Shown: positions 35,222 to 44,957 of the stretch, piece after piece
Layout of the letters: each line of letters begins with the position of its first letter
How positions within the stretch are numbered: the first letter of the stretch is position 1
Assembly: GCA_035938395.1 (NCBI GenBank)
Contig: DASZGY010000019.1
Span: forward strand, 1 to 61,894
DNA from: Acidimicrobiia bacterium
Lineage (GTDB): Bacteria > Actinomycetota > Acidimicrobiia > IMCC26256 > JACDBD01
Length of the DNA stretch: 61,894 bases
Direction: 5' to 3'
Translations under genes and position numbers: made by a program
Notes under the pieces: model-generated
Told to the model about the DNA's origin: nothing
The model's database searches: none
What the model saw: only the letters and a program-made list of their open reading frames with translations

Positions 35222-37267
35222 TCAGCCGCTGACCACGTTCCCGAGCACGTCGACGCAGAAGTGGCCGTCGGTGCGGACGCCGAACGCGAGGCCGCCGCCG
35301 GCGCAGGTCGGGATCGCGGTGGTCGTGTCGGCCGAGCTGTTGAAGGCCGCGCCTGCCACCGCCGCGTTGCCGGCGCCGTTGGCGTTGCTCGTGGCCTGGC
35401 TGTTGGCGATGGCGCCGGATGCGGCGATCCCGCCGTTGTTGGACGACGCCGAGCTGCCGTTGCTGTTGAAAGCAGCGCCCGTGAACGACTGACTGCCGGT
35501 GCTGGCCGAAGAGCTGTTGCCGTTGCTGCCGAAGGCCGCGGTGGTGTTCGCTTGCCCGCCGTTGATCGCCGCGGCGGAGTTGCCGTTGCTGGCGAAGGAC
35601 GCATCGACATTCGCCACGCCGCCGTTGTTGGCGGCCGCCGAGTTGCCGTTGCTGCCGGCTGCCGCACTCACGTTCGCCTTTCCGCCATTTTGGGCGGCGC
35701 TGGCATTGCTGTTGCTCCCGAGGGACGCGTCCACGACCGCCGTCCCGCCGGTCTGGGCGGCGGCGGCGTTGCTGTTGCTGGCACCGGCCGCGATCACATG
35801 CGCCGTCCCTCCGAGGTTGGCGGCGGCGGCGTTGGCGTTACTGAAGTCGGATGCATCCACGCTCGCCGTGCCCCGGGCGTTGCCCACGGCCGAGTTGGCG
35901 TTGCTCTGGTTGCTGGTGTTCACGACTGCCGAACTGTCGATGTTGGCGACGGCGGAGTTCGCGGTGCTGCCGTCTGCGTTCAGCACCGCCAGGCTCCTGA
36001 TGATGGCGGTGGCGCTGTTGATGCCGGAACCGTTCGATGCATTGAGGACCGCCACGCTTTGGTCCTCTGCGTCTACCGCATTGCTGTTGCTGCCGGTCGT
36101 GGCGTTCAGGAGCGCCGCACTCGCTGTCTTGGCCACCGCGGTATTGACGTTGCTGGCGTTCGACGCGTTGACCTGAGCCGCGGCGAAGTTCTCCGCCTGC
36201 GCCGTGTTCGCAGTGCTGCCGTTGTCCGCGTTCACCAGGGCCGCGCTCGACCCCTGCGCGGACGCTACGTTCACACCTGCGCCGCTCGTCGCGTTCACGA
36301 CCGCCGCGCTCCCCTGCTGAGCCTGCGCGACGTTGCCGTTGCTGCCGCCGGTCGCGTTCACGAGCGCCGCGCTCGTGGTCTTTGCCTGCGCCACGTTGGC
36401 GTTGCTGACGTCGCTGGCGTCCACCCGCGCCGCGCTGAGGTCGCTCGCCTGGGCGACGTTGGAGGTGGCGCCACCTTCTGCGTTCACGAGCGCCGCGCTC
36501 AGGCTCCGCGCCTGCGCATTGTTCGCACCGGCGCCATTCGTGGCGTTGACCACTGCGACGCTGGCCCCGTTGGCCCCGGCGCTATTGCCGTTGCTGCCGT
36601 TCGCCGCGTTCACCTGGGCCGCGCCCGTGTTGGACGCCTGCGAGACGTTCCCGTTGCTCCCGTTGATCGCGTTCACTGCGGCCGCGCTTCCAGAGACCGC
36701 TTGCGCGACGTTCCCGCTGCTGCCGTTCGCCGCGATCACCTGCGCCGCGCTGAGACTGCTCGCCTGCGAGACGTTTCCGCCGCTGCCGTTCCCCGCGTTG
36801 ACGATGGCTACGGCCGCGTTGCTCGCCTGCGAAACGTTCCCGTTGCTGTTGTTCGCCGCGTCCACGAGCGCCGCGCTCGCGCTGCTCGCCTGGGCGACAT
36901 TTCCGTTGCTGTTGTCCGCCGCCCCGACCGCCGCTGAGCTCAGTCCCGCCGCCTGAGCAGAGTTCCCCCCGCTGTTGTTGGTCGAGTTGGCCAGGGCGAT
37001 GCTCGAGGTGGCGGCCTGCGCGTCCGCACTGCTCGAGTCGGCGGCCTGCGCGGCGGCAAAGCTGCCGGGATTGCTCGACGAAGTACAGGTACTGCCGACG
37101 CCGACGTTGACGGTGACACCCTGGACGCTGACGCACGAGTCGCCCGCTGCGCCGCTTGCCGGCGCGAGCGCGATGCCGGTTGCCAGCGCGCCCACCGTGA
37201 CCGCGATGCCGATCGAGATTCGCCGCGCGCGGCGCACCGCACGCTTCGCCGAGAGAACCCTGCCCAT
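35222..37267 (-). CDS. Secreted Ala/Asn/Ser-rich tandem-repeat protein (predicted beta-solenoid), function unknown
   Basis: Signal peptide (basic N-region, hydrophobic core, ASG/A cleavage), ~25 x 21-aa repeats, one Cys pair at each end. Confidence 0.85.
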   Translation of the reverse strand: MGRVLSAKRAVRRARRISIGIAVTVGALATGIALAPASGAAGDSCVSVQGVTVNVGVGSTCTSSSNPGSFAAAQAADSSSADAQAATSSIALANSTNNSGGNSAQAAGLSSAAVGAADNSNGNVAQASSASAALVDAANNSNGNVSQASNAAVAIVNAGNGSGGNVSQASSLSAAQVIAANGSSGNVAQAVSGSAAAVNAINGSNGNVSQASNTGAAQVNAANGSNGNSAGANGASVAVVNATNGAGANNAQARSLSAALVNAEGGATSNVAQASDLSAARVDASDVSNANVAQAKTTSAALVNATGGSNGNVAQAQQGSAAVVNATSGAGVNVASAQGSSAALVNADNGSTANTAQAENFAAAQVNASNASNVNTAVAKTASAALLNATTGSNSNAVDAEDQSVAVLNASNGSGINSATAIIRSLAVLNADGSTANSAVANIDSSAVVNTSNQSNANSAVGNARGTASVDASDFSNANAAAANLGGTAHVIAAGASNSNAAAAQTGGTAVVDASLGSNSNASAAQNGGKANVSAAAGSNGNSAAANNGGVANVDASFASNGNSAAAINGGQANTTAAFGSNGNSSSASTGSQSFTGAAFNSNGSSASSNNGGIAASGAIANSQATSNANGAGNAAVAGAAFNSSADTTTAIPTCAGGGLAFGVRTDGHFCVDVLGNVVSG
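35432..37003 (-). repeat. Degenerate 63-bp (21-codon) intragenic tandem repeat, ~25 copies
   Basis: Consensus approx. SAAxVNAxNGSNGNVAQAxxx, counted by eye from the translation; one unit is 20 aa. Confidence 0.9.
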
Positions 37268-37300
37268 GTCCGACCCCTACCCGTATCCGAGACTCGGGCC

Positions 37301-37365
37301 AGCCAATCCGAACGGCGTTCGGAAGTCAAGGCTTCGCGCGCAGAAAGGCGGTCCTCGCGCGCAGA
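37301..37365 (-). promoter_or_regulatory. Putative regulated promoter of the repeat-protein gene
   Basis: Minus strand TTGACT-N17-TTGGCT; the spacer is a perfect palindrome TCCGAACG-N-CGTTCGGA; upstream direct repeat TCGCGCGCAGA at 37334 and 37355. Confidence 0.6.
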
Positions 37366-37386
37366 GTGTCCGGAATCTCCCCTGAA

Positions 37387-40300
37387 TCAGCGCGCGGCGC
37401 CGATGACGTTCTGGTTGGCACGCTCGATCCGGGCCACCTCGCCGACGGGCGCGACGCGCCAGAAGCTCCTGAGCGTCGTGTCCCAATCACCGAGCATCGC
37501 GGCTGCACGAGCCGATCCGGTGAGCTCACGGTGCCGCTCGAGCAGGAACCGCAGCTCCGCTGCCTGCGGATCGTCGAGCTTCGACGCCTCCACCAGCTGC
37601 GGGTTCAGCCGCGCCGCCAGCAGTCCTTCGGGATCGAACACGAACGCCTGACCGCCGGTCATCCCGGCGCCGAGGTTGTAGCCGAACGGGCCCAGGACGA
37701 CGCACGTGCCGCCGGTCATGTACTCGCACGTGTGGTCGCCCGTCCCCTCGACGACAGCGGTCGCGCCGCTGTTGCGCACCATGAAGCGCTCGCCGACCCG
37801 GCCGGCGACAAAGAGTTGCCCGCCCGTCGCGCCGTACAGGACCGTGTTGCCGGCGAGGACGGCGTCGCCTGCGTCCCCTTCGGGCGGGCGCACGGTGACG
37901 CGTCCGCCGCCCATACCCTTGCCGAGGTAGTCGTTCGCCTCGCCCACGAGCTCGAGCGCGACGCCGTCGGCGAGGAACGCGCCGAAGCTCTGCCCGGCCG
38001 AGCCCGTGAGCCGCGCCGTCACCGACCCGGGCGGCAGTCCTTCGCCCCACTCGAGCCCGATCGCACCGCCGAGCGACGCGCCGACGGTGCGGTCGGCGTT
38101 GGTGATCTCGTACTCGAGCACGGCGTCGCCGCCGTCCCACAACGCGGAGAACGCGTCGGCGAGGAGCCGCTCGTCCAATGCCGACCGCGGCCGCTGGATC
38201 GGCACCGTCGCCACGAAATGCCGCGGTCCCTCCGACGAGGGCGTCGAGAGCAGGGGTGACAGGTCGAGCGAATCAGCGCGCGCGTCGCCCGTCGAGCGCT
38301 GGCGGAGCATGTCGACGCGCCCGATGGCTTCGTCGAGGGTTCGCATCCCCAGCGAGGCGAGTGTGCGACGAACCTCTTCGGCGATGAAGATCATGTACGT
38401 CGCGACACCTTCCGGCGTGCCCGTGAACTTGGCCCGCAGGTTCGGCCGCTGCGTCGCGATGCCGGTTGGGCAGGTGTCGCGGTGGCAGGCGCGCACCATG
38501 ATGCAGCCCTCGGCGAGCATCGCCGCCGTGCCGAACGAGTACTCGTCGGCGCCCAGGAGCGCCGCCATGACGACGTCGCGTCCCGTCCTGAAGCCGCCGT
38601 CCACGCGGACACGCACCCGGTCTCGCAGATCGTTCTCTATGAGCGCCTGCTGCGTCTCGGCGAGACCCAGCTCCCACGGCATGCCCGCGTTCTTGATCGA
38701 CGACAGCGGCGACGCGCCGGTGCCTCCATTGCTGCCCGAGATCTGCACCACGTCGGCGAGCGCCTTGACGACGCCGGCCGAGATCGTGCCGACGCCGTCC
38801 TCGGCGACGAGCTTCACCGACACCTCGGCCAGCGGATTGACCTGCTTGAGGTCGTAGATGAGCTGGGCGAGGTCCTCGATCGAGTAGATGTCGTGGTGCG
38901 GAGGCGGCGAGATCAGCCCGACGCCCGGCTGCGTGTGGCGGAGGCGCGCGATCTCGCCGCTCACCTTGTGGCCCGGCAGCTGGCCGCCTTCCCCGGGCTT
39001 CGATCCCTGGGCGATCTTGATGTTGAACTCGTCCGCGAACGCGCAGTACTCGGGCGTGACCCCGAACCGGCCCGACGCGATCTGCTTGATGCGCGAGTTG
39101 CGGTCGCGCTCGGTCCCGCGGGTGCGGTAGCGGGCCGGGTCCTCGCCGCCCTCGCCGCAGTTGCTCTTGCCTCCGAGCATGTTCATCGCGATCGCGAGCG
39201 TCTCGTGCGCTTCCGCCGACAGCGCGCCGTGGGACATGGCCCCGGTCGAGAACCGCGCCGTGATCGCCTCGACCGGCTCAACCTCGTCGATCGGGATCGG
39301 CTCACCGCCGGGAACGAGATCGAGCAGGTCCCGCAGCTCGGTCGTGGGTCGTGACTCGACGAGCTCGCGGAACCTCTCGTACAGGTCGGCGCGTCCGCCC
39401 TTGATCGCGCCCTGCAGGAGATGCGCCGCACGCAGGTCGGCCGGGTCCGGCTCGGGCAACGGCTCGGCGTCCGGGCCCTGCAGCACGATGACCTTGCCCT
39501 GGTCCTCGCTCGGCGCCGGCTCGACGCCGGCGAGCTTCCCGCTGACTTCGCTCTTCTTCTTGGGCTTGCGGTCGCCGTTCTCACCGTCGCCCTCGGGCGT
39601 GAGCCCGAGCGAGTCGTGCAGCGCGTCGACGACGTCGGGGTTGTTGCCGTGGTACTCGCCGCCGCGCTTGCGGTAGCGGAAGAACCCGGGCTCGTCGAGC
39701 GACGCCTTCTCGCCCTCGAACGCGGCTTCGTGCCGTCCGAGGATGTCGGCGCCGAGCGTGTCGAAGCCGACGCCGCCCACCTCGGACACCGTGAACCGCA
39801 GGCACGTCTCGATGACCTCGGGCCCGAGCCCGATGGCCTCGAAGATCTGCGCCGCCCGGTAGCCGTCGACGGTCGAGATGCCCATCTTCGAGAAGATCTT
39901 GAGGACGCCGTCTTCGAGCGCGGCTTGCAGCTGCGCCTGCGCCTCCGACGAATGGAGCTCCCCGAGCTGGTCGTCGTCGGCCATGCTCGCCACCGTCTCG
40001 AGCGCGAGGCGCGGGCATACCGCGTCGGCGCCGAACCCGAGCAGGCAGGCGACGCCGTGGACGTCGCGGGCGTCGCCCGAGGCGACGACGATCGACGCCT
40101 GCTGACGCGTGTGCTCGGCGACGAGCCGGTGGTGCACCGCCCCCAGCGCGAGCAGCGACGGGATCGGCGCGCGGTCGGCGCCGACGCCGCGGTCCGAGAT
40201 CACGAGGAGGCCGGCGCCGGCGGCGACGGCCTCGACGGCGGCGTCGGCCAGGGCCCGGATGGCGGGCTCGAGGCCGCCCGGACCGTCCGTGACCGGGAAG

Positions 40301-42099
40301 GTCGCGCCGAGACGGACCGCCTTGAACACGGACCGGTCGGAGTCGAGCAGCGACTCGACGGCCGCCGGATACAGGAAGAAGGAGGGCAGTTCGAGCAGGC
40401 GGGCGGCGCCGGGCTCCTCGGTGAGCAGGGGGCGGCGCGGCCCGAGGCACGTGCGCAACGACATCACCAGCCGCTCGCGTAGGTGGTCGATGGGCGGGTT
40501 CGTGACCTGTGCGAAGCGCTGCTTCAGGTAGTTGAACATCGGCCGGGGGCGCGTGGCGACGGCCGCGAACGGCACGTCGTCACCCATCGAGAAGGTCGGC
40601 TCCTTGGCGTCGGTGGCCATGGGCTTCAGCACCATTGCCACCTCTTCCCGGGTGAGACCGAAGGCGACCTGCTGTCGCACGAGGTCTTCGGGGGCAGGCG
40701 GCATCTCGACGGGCCCACCGATGTCCGCCGGGAGGAGGCCGTCGCGCGCCCACTGGGAGTACGGCTGCAGCCGCGCCAGCCACGTCTTGACGTCGGTGTC
40801 GTCCTGCACTGCGGCTGTCGTCGCCGCATCATCGCCATCGCCGGTCGCGCGTTCGGGGTCGACGCAGATCATGTCGCCGGGACCGAGGCGGCCGCGACGC
40901 ACCGAGCCGTGGCCCGAGACCGGCACGGCGCCGACCTCCGACGCGCAGACGACCAGGCCGTCCTCGCACACCTGCCAGCGCAGCGGACGCAGCCCGTTTC
41001 GGTCGAGCGCGGCGCCGACGCGCCGGCCGTCACTGAACACGAGCCCGGCGGGCCCGTCCCACGGGTCGGTGAGGCACGCGTGGTAGCGGAAGAAGCTGCG
41101 CACCCCGCGCGGCAGGTCGCGCTGGCCCTCCCACGCCTCGGGCACGAGCATGGCGACGGCGTGGCGTATGTCGCGGCCACCGCGCACCAGCAGTTCGACG
41201 GCGGAATCGAGCTTCCCGGAGTCGGAGTCCTCGGGATCGAGCACGGGACGGAACAGCTCTTCGGGGCCGAGGCCCACGTCCTCGGTGCCGAGGCGGCCGC
41301 GGGCGATCATGCGCAGCTCGTTGCCGCGCACGGTGTTGATCTCGCCGTTGTGGCACAGGTGCCGGAAGGGCTGGGCGCGCTCCCACGCCGGGGTCGTGTT
41401 CGTCGAGAAGCGGCTATGGAAGATCGCCAGCGACGCGCCGAACTCGTCGTCGGCGAGATCGGGATAGAAGGCGGCGAGCCGGTCGCTCAGGACGAGCGCC
41501 TTGTACGTCACGGTGACGAACGAGAAGCTCGCGAAGTAGTACCGCACGCGCGCCTCGCGGCATGTGGCCTCCGCCCGCCGGCGGGCGCGATACGCGCGCC
41601 GTTCCGCGTCGACGTCGTCGACGTCCGCGGGCCGCTGCAGGATCCCGTGCCAGAGCGAGGGCTGGTCGACCCGCGCCGCCGCGCCGAGGTGCGTCTCGTC
41701 GACGGGGACCTGACGCCATCCCGCCAGCTCGATCCCCTCGGCCGCGCAGGCGTCGGCGGCGGCGGTCTGGGCGACGCGCACGGCGTCGTCGTCAGCGACG
41801 TCGAGGAACGCGGACACGACACCCAGGCGATCGGCGTCGAGCGCGCGACCGAGCTCCTTGCCGCCGACGCGGGCGAAGAACGGGCGCGGGATGGGGACGA
41901 GGAGGCCGGCGCCGTCGCCCGAGATTCCGTCGGCGGCGATGGCCTGTCGGTGGCGGACGCACGCCAGCCCGGTCAGGGCGAGGTCGACGATCTCGCGGCT
42001 GGTGCCGCCGGATGCGTGCGCGACGAAGCCGATGCCACAGGCATCGAGGTCAGTGCGTTGGCGCGCCCGTTGCCGCGCCGCGCGATTGAAGTCGGCCAA
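37387..42099 (-). CDS. gltB: Glutamate synthase large subunit
   Basis: Propeptide then CGIGF, HSRFSTNT, HNGEIN, KIAQGSKPGEGGQLPG, CIMVRACHRDTCP (3Fe-4S), GXGXG C-terminal domain. Confidence 0.97.
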   Translation of the reverse strand: MADFNRAARQRARQRTDLDACGIGFVAHASGGTSREIVDLALTGLACVRHRQAIAADGISGDGAGLLVPIPRPFFARVGGKELGRALDADRLGVVSAFLDVADDDAVRVAQTAAADACAAEGIELAGWRQVPVDETHLGAAARVDQPSLWHGILQRPADVDDVDAERRAYRARRRAEATCREARVRYYFASFSFVTVTYKALVLSDRLAAFYPDLADDEFGASLAIFHSRFSTNTTPAWERAQPFRHLCHNGEINTVRGNELRMIARGRLGTEDVGLGPEELFRPVLDPEDSDSGKLDSAVELLVRGGRDIRHAVAMLVPEAWEGQRDLPRGVRSFFRYHACLTDPWDGPAGLVFSDGRRVGAALDRNGLRPLRWQVCEDGLVVCASEVGAVPVSGHGSVRRGRLGPGDMICVDPERATGDGDDAATTAAVQDDTDVKTWLARLQPYSQWARDGLLPADIGGPVEMPPAPEDLVRQQVAFGLTREEVAMVLKPMATDAKEPTFSMGDDVPFAAVATRPRPMFNYLKQRFAQVTNPPIDHLRERLVMSLRTCLGPRRPLLTEEPGAARLLELPSFFLYPAAVESLLDSDRSVFKAVRLGATFPVTDGPGGLEPAIRALADAAVEAVAAGAGLLVISDRGVGADRAPIPSLLALGAVHHRLVAEHTRQQASIVVASGDARDVHGVACLLGFGADAVCPRLALETVASMADDDQLGELHSSEAQAQLQAALEDGVLKIFSKMGISTVDGYRAAQIFEAIGLGPEVIETCLRFTVSEVGGVGFDTLGADILGRHEAAFEGEKASLDEPGFFRYRKRGGEYHGNNPDVVDALHDSLGLTPEGDGENGDRKPKKKSEVSGKLAGVEPAPSEDQGKVIVLQGPDAEPLPEPDPADLRAAHLLQGAIKGGRADLYERFRELVESRPTTELRDLLDLVPGGEPIPIDEVEPVEAITARFSTGAMSHGALSAEAHETLAIAMNMLGGKSNCGEGGEDPARYRTRGTERDRNSRIKQIASGRFGVTPEYCAFADEFNIKIAQGSKPGEGGQLPGHKVSGEIARLRHTQPGVGLISPPPHHDIYSIEDLAQLIYDLKQVNPLAEVSVKLVAEDGVGTISAGVVKALADVVQISGSNGGTGASPLSSIKNAGMPWELGLAETQQALIENDLRDRVRVRVDGGFRTGRDVVMAALLGADEYSFGTAAMLAEGCIMVRACHRDTCPTGIATQRPNLRAKFTGTPEGVATYMIFIAEEVRRTLASLGMRTLDEAIGRVDMLRQRSTGDARADSLDLSPLLSTPSSEGPRHFVATVPIQRPRSALDERLLADAFSALWDGGDAVLEYEITNADRTVGASLGGAIGLEWGEGLPPGSVTARLTGSAGQSFGAFLADGVALELVGEANDYLGKGMGGGRVTVRPPEGDAGDAVLAGNTVLYGATGGQLFVAGRVGERFMVRNSGATAVVEGTGDHTCEYMTGGTCVVLGPFGYNLGAGMTGGQAFVFDPEGLLAARLNPQLVEASKLDDPQAAELRFLLERHRELTGSARAAAMLGDWDTTLRSFWRVAPVGEVARIERANQNVIGAAR

Positions 42100-42254
42100 C
42101 CGAGGGACTCCTCGCTCCCGGGACGGTGCTGTCGTTTCGGGGATCCAGCAGGAGCGACGACGCTGTCGCGGAAAGGCTCACGATAGCGGACGGACACTGG
42201 GGCGCCGCCCGCTTTGGGGCGGCGACGGCGGCTTTGGGCGTGCCAGCATGCAGC

Positions 42255-43391
42255 GTGCCCGAAGCCCATGGCGGCCGGCCCGCACCGCTCGTCGCCGTGC
42301 TCGGCGGCGGGCAACTCGGCCGGATGCTCGCGCTGGCCGGGATCCCCCTCGGCGTCGGATTCCGGTTCCTCGATCCCAGCCCGGACGCCACGGCCGGCGC
42401 CCTCGGCCCCCTCGTCGTCGGCGCGCTCGGCGACGAGACCGCGCTCACGCACGTGACCGAGGGCGCCGCCGTCGTCACGTACGAATGGGAGGGCGTTCCG
42501 GCGGCGGGGGCACGCTTCGTCGCCGCGACCGGCACGGCGGTGCTGCCGCCGCCAGTGGCGCTCGACGTGACGCAGGACCGCCTGCGTGAGAAGGAGTTGT
42601 GCCGCCGGCTCGGGATCGGTACGCCCGAGTTCGCGGTGGTCGACGACCGCGCCGATCTCGAGCGCGCCGTGAAGGACGTCGGTCTGCCTGCGGTGCTCAA
42701 GACCCGGCGCGGCGGGTACGACGGCAAAGGGCAGGCGGCTCTGCGCGAGCCCCGGGACGTCGAGCGCGCCTGGTCGGAGCTCGGTGGCGTCCCGCTCGTC
42801 CTCGAGTCGCTCGTGCCGTTCGATCGGGAGCTGTCGGTGCTCGCCGTGCGGGGCCGCGATGGCGCGACCGCTTGCTGGCCGCTCGTCGAGAACCACCACG
42901 ACGGCGGGATCCTCCGTCGCAGCTACGCCCCGGCGCCCGCCCTGACCGAGCAGCTCCAAGACGCGGCCGAGCGCGTCGCCGGGAAGCTCCTCGACGAGCT
43001 CGAGTACGTGGGTGTCCTCGCCGTCGAGCTCTTCGACGTGCACGGGGAGCTGCTCGTCAACGAGCTTGCGCCGCGCGTGCACAACTCCGGCCACTGGTCG
43101 ATCGAAGGCGCGGACACGAGCCAGTTCGAGAACCATCTGCGGGCGATCCTCGGCTGGCCGCTCGGCTCGACCGCCGCGATCGGCGTGAATGCCATGGTCA
43201 ACTGCGTCGGCGCCTTGCCCGACCCGGCCGCGGTGCTCGCGATCCCGGGCGTGCACCTGCACGACTACGCGAAGGCGCCCCGCCCCGGCCGGAAGGTCGG
43301 CCACGTCACGGTCACCGCGCCCGACCCCCGCGAGCTGCGAGCGCGCGTCGCCCGCCTCGCGGGTCTGCCCGGGGTGGACGTCCCCGCATGA
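42255..43391 (+). CDS. purK: N5-carboxyaminoimidazole ribonucleotide synthase
   Basis: [45 protein letters not shown]; start approximate. Confidence 0.95.
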   Translation: MPEAHGGRPAPLVAVLGGGQLGRMLALAGIPLGVGFRFLDPSPDATAGALGPLVVGALGDETALTHVTEGAAVVTYEWEGVPAAGARFVAATGTAVLPPPVALDVTQDRLREKELCRRLGIGTPEFAVVDDRADLERAVKDVGLPAVLKTRRGGYDGKGQAALREPRDVERAWSELGGVPLVLESLVPFDRELSVLAVRGRDGATACWPLVENHHDGGILRRSYAPAPALTEQLQDAAERVAGKLLDELEYVGVLAVELFDVHGELLVNELAPRVHNSGHWSIEGADTSQFENHLRAILGWPLGSTAAIGVNAMVNCVGALPDPAAVLAIPGVHLHDYAKAPRPGRKVGHVTVTAPDPRELRARVARLAGLPGVDVPA

Positions 43392-44329
43392 CGTCCGAGC
43401 CGTTCTCGCCATACGTCCGGTTCACGCGCGACGAATGGGCTCGCCTGCGGGCGGCGACGCCACTCACGCTCACCGAGGGAGACCTCGAGGACCTACGCGG
43501 CATCAACGAGCAGATCGCGCTCGACGAGGTCGCCGACATCTATCTGGCCCTGTCCCGGCTGCTGAACCTGTACGTCGCAGCCAGCCGGAACCTCTACCGC
43601 GTCAGCGACACGTTCCTCGGCAGCCCGGCCGCGGAGGTCCCCTACGTCATCGCGATCGCCGGGAGCGTCGCCGTCGGCAAGAGCACGACGGCCCGTATCC
43701 TGCAGGCGTTGCTCGGCCGGTGGCCCGATCACCCACAGGTCGACCTCGTGACGACCGACGGCTTCCTCTTCCCGAACCGGGTGCTCGAAGAGCGCGGGCT
43801 CATGGAGCGGAAGGGCTTCCCCGAGAGCTACGACCTCCGCCGGCTGGTGCGGTTCCTCGCCGACGTGAAGTCGGGCCGGCCCGAGGTGAGCGCGCCCGTC
43901 TACTCCCATCTCACGTATGACATCGTCCCGGGCGAGGAGCAGGTCGTACGGCAGCCGGACATCGTGATCGTCGAGGGCCTGACCGTTCTCCAGACGAGCG
44001 ACGGCGGCGGCCGGGCGCCGCAGCTGTTCGTCTCGGACTTCTTCGACTTCTCGCTCTACGTCGACGCCGACGAGGCCGACATCGAGCAGTGGTACCTCGA
44101 CCGGTTCCTCACGCTCCGAGAGACGGCGTTCGCCGACGAGCGGTCGTTCTTCCACCACTTCGCCTCGCTGTCGGAGGACGAGGCGATCCAGGTCGCCCGC
44201 GGCATCTGGCGGTCGATCAACGGCGTGAACCTGCACGAGAACATCCTCCCGACGCGTGAGCGCGCTCGGCTCATCCTGGAGAAGGACCCCGACCATTCCG
44301 TCCGGGCGGTCCGGCTGCGGAAGCTGTGA
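43388..44329 (+). CDS. coaA: Type I pantothenate kinase
   Basis: [46 protein letters not shown]; ATGA overlap with purK. Confidence 0.97.
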   Translation: MTSEPFSPYVRFTRDEWARLRAATPLTLTEGDLEDLRGINEQIALDEVADIYLALSRLLNLYVAASRNLYRVSDTFLGSPAAEVPYVIAIAGSVAVGKSTTARILQALLGRWPDHPQVDLVTTDGFLFPNRVLEERGLMERKGFPESYDLRRLVRFLADVKSGRPEVSAPVYSHLTYDIVPGEEQVVRQPDIVIVEGLTVLQTSDGGGRAPQLFVSDFFDFSLYVDADEADIEQWYLDRFLTLRETAFADERSFFHHFASLSEDEAIQVARGIWRSINGVNLHENILPTRERARLILEKDPDHSVRAVRLRKL

Positions 44330-44402
44330 GCAAACCGGCGCAGAGCGAAGAAATCGCATGCCCACCCGTAGGGGTTCGGTCGCTCGGAGCGATGATGGGT
44401 TC

Positions 44403-44957
44403 GTGAGCGAATGGCCGGAAGCGGCCGTGAGTGAGGGGTCCGGAGCCGGCGAGCCCGATCGCGCTGCGTTCCTCGCCTTCTACCAGGAGGCGGTGCCCGA
44501 GGTGTACGGGTACTTCCTCCATCGGTGCGGCGACTCGACAACCGCCGAGGACCTCACCTCCGAGACGTTCCTCGCCGCCGTGCGCAATCTCGAGGACGGC
44601 CGGCCCGCCCCCCTCGACGTTCCCTGGGTGATCGGCGTCGCCCGCCACAAGCTCGCCGACCACTGGCGTCGCCGCGCGCGCGAGGACCGGCTGCGCGACG
44701 CACTCGAACAAGATCCCGCACCCGACGAGGACCCGTGGGACGTGCGCCTCGACCGGCTGCGCGCCAACGAGGTGCTCGCCGCGCTCGGTCCGCACCACCG
44801 ACTCGCGCTCACGCTTCGGTACGTCGACGGCCTGCCCGTGGCCGAGGTGGCGGAGCTGCTCGGGCGCACGCCCAACGCCACCGAGGCGCTGCTGGTCCGA
44901 GCGCGGACGGCCTACCGCCGCGTCTACCTGGAAGGAGAAGGAGGCGATCATGACTGA
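44403..44957 (+). CDS. ECF RNA polymerase sigma factor
   Basis: AEDLTSETFL (region 2), WVIGVARHKLADHWR, LRYVDGLPVAEVAELLG (region 4); start 44403 or 44427. Confidence 0.92.
   Translation: MSEWPEAAVSEGSGAGEPDRAAFLAFYQEAVPEVYGYFLHRCGDSTTAEDLTSETFLAAVRNLEDGRPAPLDVPWVIGVARHKLADHWRRRAREDRLRDALEQDPAPDEDPWDVRLDRLRANEVLAALGPHHRLALTLRYVDGLPVAEVAELLGRTPNATEALLVRARTAYRRVYLEGEGGDHD

Noticed and set aside
34502-36937. 811-aa and other plus-strand repetitive ORFs over the repeat gene
   Set aside because: They are antisense images of the 63-bp repeat; the minus-strand frame has the signal peptide and Cys caps.
35432-37003. Periodic DNA considered as a CRISPR array
   Set aside because: The units are degenerate, codon-phased and lack a constant repeat/unique spacer structure; no cas genes are present.
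42255-43391. purK without adjacent purE
   Set aside because: Separation of purK and purE is not rare, and the rest of the genome is not visible.
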